A DNA stretch of 64,000 nucleotides from Pavona decussata (Eukaryota): NCBI GenBank assembly GCA_977016875.1, contig CDRNST010000080.1, forward strand, positions 2,790,001 through 2,854,000, written 5' to 3'. Shown in pieces: positions 60,101-64,000 of the stretch. The notes beneath the pieces were generated by a model. The model made no database searches, was not told the origin of the DNA, and was given only the letters and a program-made list of their open reading frames with translations. Positions within the stretch are counted from its first letter, which is position 1. Each line of letters starts with the position of its first letter. Made by a program: the position numbers and the translations under genes.

Positions 60101-63100
60101 GCTGGTTTCACCATTCATATGTACAAGAAAAGAAAAAAGGTATGTACGTGCTGATTCGAATAATATAGTAGCTTCTAATATCACTCTGAGGCGGGCCAAT
60201 CTTGTGTTTCAATGGAATTTATTGAAAAATATATGAAGATATAAAAGAGAGCTCGTGCAATGTAAACCGCATGCACATCAGAATTTTTTCCCGGTGCCTG
60301 TTAGTTCTCTTAGCTTTTCTTTGGCCTTTCTGTTTCGGCGAATCGTGAGCTTTGCGACTTACTTTCCTGTTTTAAACTGATTCTTATTTCAATATTGTGT
60401 GTGATTCGGTTTGGTTTGTCTATCTTTATTTTCTTTTGTCTGCACGCGTGACATCTAACAATAGCAACTCTTCAGTATATCTCGCTCATCATCCAACGAA
60501 ATGTTCTACATTGATTCTCTTTATCCCGTTGATTTGTGTAACCTAATGATTCAGTAAGGGCAGCCTGCGTTGAAGTCGTTTCTTTTCTTTTTTTTTTTTA
60601 TTTATTTTATTATTTAGTTGTATTTTTTAATTCGTTTTTTTCAACAATCGAGTTATAAAAACAGTTGTGTAGATATTTTATCTGTGTATGGAGTCTCTGT
60701 GTTGTTTTAATTTTGTTTTTCTTTCTATTTTTTTCTTTTTTGCTTTCTCTGTTCCAGTCATACAAGTTATTAGTACCTTTTCGTTGTAGTATTTATTGTT
60801 GAAATTATCAGTTTTTTAACCTGCAATTAACTATATTAGTGTCATGAATATTCTTATCTTGCAAGTCAGGTATACCAAAAGACAAGCGAAATCTTTTCTG
60901 GCGCGGGCAGCAAGGCTCCTTTGTTTATGATTGTGTAATTATAACTTTAGATCCAATTATGTAAATCAATTGTATATTTATTTTTTAAGATGGATGAATA
61001 AAGCTTATTATTATTATTATACCGATCAACGGACATTGAAACACAAATTTTGCCTTATTTTGCAAGTGCATTAATTATCTTAACAGAGTGTATGATATAA
61101 CTTAGTTTAAGAAGCGGGGGGGGGGGGGGGGGGACTGGTGCAAATTAATTGGCATGCTTAAGCCATATGTTTTACAGAGACTTCGGGGAACTTTGACCAA
61201 GCCGAATAGCACGAAGGCTTTTGTATAGTCAATACTGAAACTCCGGCGCGTTCAATGCTTTGTTTTCATAGTTTTGTTCATTATTATTATTTTTTTTTTT
61301 CATACAGGTAAACAAAGACCTAAGACGCTGTTTGGGCGACCACCGTCTCTTTCGTCAATTCCCAAGAGGTAGCTAGGATTGTTTTCATAACTATAAATTT
61401 TCACAACGCAGCTCCTCTGAAACCCACTAGCCTGCAATGCAGGCGTATTTTTGGAGCGGGAGCGCTGAATACTCCTTCGTTGCTGTCATCTTGGGCGAGG
61501 AAGCGCGAGAGGGCTGGAGGGAGTCAAAAGTGACCCTAAGGGAGAGGACGACTGGCTGAGAAACTGCCCCCCCCCCTCCCCCTCAGCCTCCTTCAAATAC
61601 GCCAACTAAATTTATTATTCAGCGCTCGCCCATGAAAAACGCCTGCACTGCAGGCTAGAAACCCACTTGCGAAAAAAATATTCATGTTGCTCTCTGTTTA
61701 AAGATATAGGTGGTCATATTCGCCATCCATCTTCGCCGTCTGCTTGGCATTTCATTCAAACTGACCCTGGTTTCCATATAATCGCAGACGATCCCAGGAA
61801 TTGTTCACTATGTAATCTCGATTGCAAACGACTACAAAACGCTGTGTTTCCATGCGGTCGCGAACAATTGCAAAAGGAAGTGATCTATTATGCCTGCATA
61901 CTTTCTGGCCAGCGGAGTTGGCCAAACATGAACTTTTACGGTATGAGTTTCGATTGAACGATCGCAAAACATCGGCTTCCATGTGATCACAGAATCGAAA
62001 TTGACCACAGACGATTGCAGAACATTTAAAAGAGATCTATCTTCCAAAACCAGGCGAATGCAAGCTTGGTGCTAATCTGGTACGTACTTGGCAAGTTCTA
62101 TGATTTGAGAAAAAAGAAAAGACAAAAAGACAAAAAGAGACAAAAAAAAGACAAAAAAAAAAAAAACTACAACAACAACTTGAAAATCAGTCACCATGAT
62201 GGACCCCCTGTCCCCATTGCATTTTCAGGACGTACTATTTTCGTGTTCGTTGTCCTTACTATATATCTTGTAGCCTGGAATAGGCTAGTTCTAAAAGATG
62301 ACGAGGCAAATTTGCAGCAAACGCGGAAACTAATTTCGAGACTTTTGGAATTAGCTGACTAGTAGAGGTCGATCGTTCAATTCATGGCCGCTCAATACAG
62401 GATTGATCATTTTCAATTTACCCTTTCAGTGATACGAATGGTATGAACCACATGGGTTTGGACAATGCCACTGATTCTTCCCGGATTGTGACTCTTCAGA
62501 GAAGCGCCGCGGGGTTTGGCTTTCAGATGAGAGGAGCAAACTGTAAGTAAAGTGTCATCTTTACCAGTTCGCAGCCGTTTGTCATGAAACACCTCGACGT
62601 CTTGTCACACTACTCTTCTAAGGAGTGTTGCGTGACGATTGAAAGTAAATTAATGTGACAAAATGACTGAGTGTCGGAGAAGGAGAAGGGATGAGGGAAT
62701 TCCACTGTTTAAGTGGAATGCTGTAAGTTAAATCAGTATAATCAGTTGTTGAATGTCCACAGCTCGAACATAATAACATGAATTATTTGCAGGAATAGTT
62801 TTGTTTTCTTTCACGCTCGAGCACAGTATGAACTTTTTTTTTTTTTTTTCTGCAGCGCAAGTTCCCCGGTTGAATTTTGAGCCCACTCCCGAGTTTCCAG
62901 CTCTTCAGTATTTTGGAGAGCTGGAGAAAGGCGGAGAAGCAGAAACGAAAGGCGTCAGGGCTGGAGATTTCATTCTCGAGGTTAGTCAGTCTTTTTGGAC
63001 GTGTCGTTACGCGAAAGCCTTTTTCTGTAGTGTTCTGTGCTATTGTATAAAATGTTTAGCGACTTGTCGGGAATGAACGCTAAGGGTAACTCCGATGAAC

Positions 63101-63714
63101 TGTTAATGTGTGTATCGGTGTATCGCTTAGGATACAAGGTTGGTAACTCAATTCAATTCAATCTTTATCGACATATGGTTAAAAAAATTCACCAGGCTCC
63201 AGTTGTTCAAAGAGCGGATAATTTTATCCACTGGGTAGGTCGCTAGCTGGCAGATGAAATGCGTGCAAGATTTTCCCGATAGCCCTATAATTTGTGGATA
63301 TGTATAATTTGTGGATTTGTAAAATTTAAATAAGGGATTGTGTGGAAAACTTGCCAAAAGCGTTAGTTGGAGTACATTTGCTCCGCTGGATATTGACTTA
63401 TCCAGTGGATCAAGTTATCCGCTCTTTGAACAGCTGGGGCCAGATCGATACAATATAAAACTACAAGATAAACCATCAATATCAAAATGAATAATTCGAA
63501 GGACGAAGTTAGAGAGACGACGGATTTCTTATTTTCAATTTAACTGTTCTTTCCAATTGTCCTTTTCAGGTTAACGGCGAGGACGTAACCACAGCAACGC
63601 ACGGTCATGTTGTTGACTTGATTAAAAAGGGTCGCGACTCAGTCACGTTAAAAATAGTAACGGTTAATGTTAGGAAGCCGTCTATAAATGGAACAGACCA
63701 CACCGACGGACAAG
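45118..63714 (+). CDS. SHANK: SH3 and multiple ankyrin repeat domains protein (Shank/ProSAP), 5' part; gene continues past the window end
   Basis: 17 phase-consistent exons: 45118-45213, 47267-47341, 48505-48630 (LNFGFYDPPCNGKSGKFLEEERPFIDYP, SPN domain), 48997-49068, 49285-49393 (KGMDPNFQD), 50019-50170 (TPLSVAV..GGALLDYRTRDGLTPVHKAA), 50549-50593, 51512-51634, 52735-52851 (QHLEHLLFYGA..SGNTALHVAALNNQ), 54901-54978 (CARVLLFRGA), 57008-57074, 58869-59420 (..RKRLYASVPGKRFVAIKDY), 60047-60139 (GEKGYWEG..GWF, SH3), 61308-61368, 62430-62542 (GFGFQMRGA, PDZ), 62856-62980 (FEPTPEFPALQY), 63570-63714 (VNGEDV..HGHVVDLIK). Confidence 0.95.
47686..47820. other. Assembly gap (135 N)
   Basis: Run of N inside a SHANK intron. 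Confidence 0.99.
47900..48110 (+). mobile_element. LINE/SINE 3' end with an (ATA)n tail
   Basis: Stem-loop CACAGG..CCTGTG followed by a long (ATA/ATG)n microsatellite at 48018-48075. Confidence 0.5.
48322..48355 (-). ncRNA. Decayed hammerhead-like motif of the same family as 34331-34703
   Basis: Minus strand GCTCTGACAAAAGAACTAGTGCTTGAAACGGCAG; the core differs from CUGACGA..CGAAAC by CpG-type transitions. Confidence 0.35.
48505..48630 (+). CDS. SHANK: SHANK exon, SPN (ubiquitin-like N-terminal) domain
   Basis: tcag|GGT..GAG|gtagg; encodes GVKDVLNFGFYDPPCNGKSGKFLEEERPFIDYPLKGTPPVLE. Confidence 0.9.
50019..50170 (+). CDS. SHANK: SHANK ankyrin-repeat exon
   Basis: Encodes TPLSVAVTKENACDMIIILVNGGALLDYRTRDGLTPVHKAAASGQAASVK. 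Confidence 0.92.
50271..50488. mobile_element. Palindromic element made of two inverted tRNA-derived halves
   Basis: ~105 bp inverted arms; B-box GGTTCG(A/G)CTCCT on both strands. Confidence 0.7.
52090..52440 (+). mobile_element. Retroposon 3' end with an (AAACTT)n tail
   Basis: ..CATGACAAAGCATTATTTT followed by AACTTAAACTAAAACTTAAACTTAAACTT. Confidence 0.45.
52488..52667. repeat. ~180 bp imperfect palindrome (hairpin element)
   Basis: AAATAATCCCCTTT..CGGAGGATAATGCC..GATTGTC pairs with GACAATC..GGCATTATCCTCCG..AAAGGGGTTTATTT. Confidence 0.75.
52735..52851 (+). CDS. SHANK: SHANK ankyrin-repeat exon
   Basis: Encodes ACKNGLVQHLEHLLFYGAAIDARTASGNTALHVAALNNQ, very close to vertebrate Shank. Confidence 0.93.
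53255..53375 (-). mobile_element. tRNA-derived SINE fragment
   Basis: A-box TGGCCTAGTGGTTAGG, then a deleted body, then TGTAAATAGCCAACT..GCC..CC.CCA.TTGGGATTT. Confidence 0.55.
54195..54420 (+). repeat. Degenerate ~80-90 bp tandem repeat (2-3 units)
   Basis: Recurring GCTGTACAA, (G/T)GA(C/T)CATT...TGAA(A/G)GC and (C)TGTAG.G.(T/C)G.TT blocks. Confidence 0.45.
55248..55725. repeat. Local diverged direct duplication (~255 bp spacing)
   Basis: TTATTAGT.ATTTGT.ATAC.GG, TTCGCGTGAC, TTAGAATGAACCG and TGGTGACGAATT each occur twice. Confidence 0.6.
57390..58025. mobile_element. MITE of the 1253-1603 family with an internal ~260 bp tandem duplication
   Basis: GAAAACGTCACTT..GAGAATGAAAA..CTTGAATTTGGTCATTTCACG present at ~57409 and ~57669. 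Confidence 0.75.
58869..59420 (+). CDS. SHANK: SHANK exon: Ser-rich linker and start of the SH3 domain
   Basis: ttttccag|TA..; open frame that includes ORF 59078..59470 up to GAAG|gtaatg. Confidence 0.9.
61428..61657. mobile_element. Non-autonomous TIR element with TAGCCTGC ends and a perfect 9-bp TSD (Academ/AcademH- or MULE-like)
   Basis: GAAACCCAC|TAGCCTGCAATGCAGGCGT ... ACGCCTGCACTGCAGGCTA|GAAACCCAC. Confidence 0.85.
61766..62056. mobile_element. Degenerate Harbinger-like MITE
   Basis: CCTGGTTTCCAT ... AAAACCAGG ends with internal ATCGCA/GATTGCA repeats. Confidence 0.45.
62856..62980 (+). CDS. SHANK: SHANK PDZ-domain exon
   Basis: QVPRLNFEPTPEFPALQYFGELEKGGEAETKGVRAGDFILE carries the Shank-specific PTP.FPALQY motif. 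Confidence 0.93.
63196..63440. mobile_element. MITE, CCAGTTGTTCAAA family, CAG TSD
   Basis: CAG|GCTCCAGTTGTTCAAAGAGCGGATAA ... TTATCCGCTCTTTGAACAGCTGGGGC|CAG. Confidence 0.8.
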
Positions 63715-64000
63715 GTGAGCGCTGGAGTGTTGATTAGTTTACGACTAGCATACGTAGTTGTAGTCAATCGCAAATGCGCTAGTGTAGTGGAGAAGATGTG
63801 GGGATGGAGAAGCCTTTGCAAGTTGCGGCTAGTAACAGAAGTATTTCGAAGCCAGGAAATCCTTAGTACAAATAAATGAACGTATCACCGCAGGCTTTAC
63901 TGTGTTACTGTAACATGATTCGTACTAATCCCGTTTCGGGATTTAGAAGCCATGAAACACACGAATACCTCGAAAAGAAAAGCGTCCCTGAAATGCCCTG

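Overview
AT-rich eukaryotic genomic DNA with spliceosomal introns and one 135-N assembly gap. The repeat landscape and gene content point to an invertebrate, most likely a cnidarian (stony coral); this is inference. Two multi-exon genes are transcribed divergently. An MFSD12-like major facilitator transporter lies on the minus strand (~7.1-13.5 kb, 10 solid coding exons). A SHANK scaffold gene lies on the plus strand, with a promoter and non-coding exon at ~36.5-36.9 kb and 17 coding exons from 45118 to 63714 (SPN, ankyrin, SH3 and PDZ domains); it continues beyond the window. The rest is mostly repeats: a ~10 kb hierarchical array seeded by a TIR element (15.3-25.2 kb), a deleted Gypsy LTR element nested in a CR1/L2-type LINE, an RT-less LINE, Penelope-like remnants with hammerhead-ribozyme-like motifs, tRNA-derived repeats and many MITEs. 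Most notable observations: (1) a CpG-poor stretch of SHANK introns (38-52.9 kb) dense with TA-CA(N)TG-TA motifs that resemble Tc1/mariner excision footprints; (2) a 3.4 kb quasi-palindrome built from four nested TIR elements; (3) a MITE inserted into the loop of a hammerhead-like motif. All coordinates and counts were read by eye.
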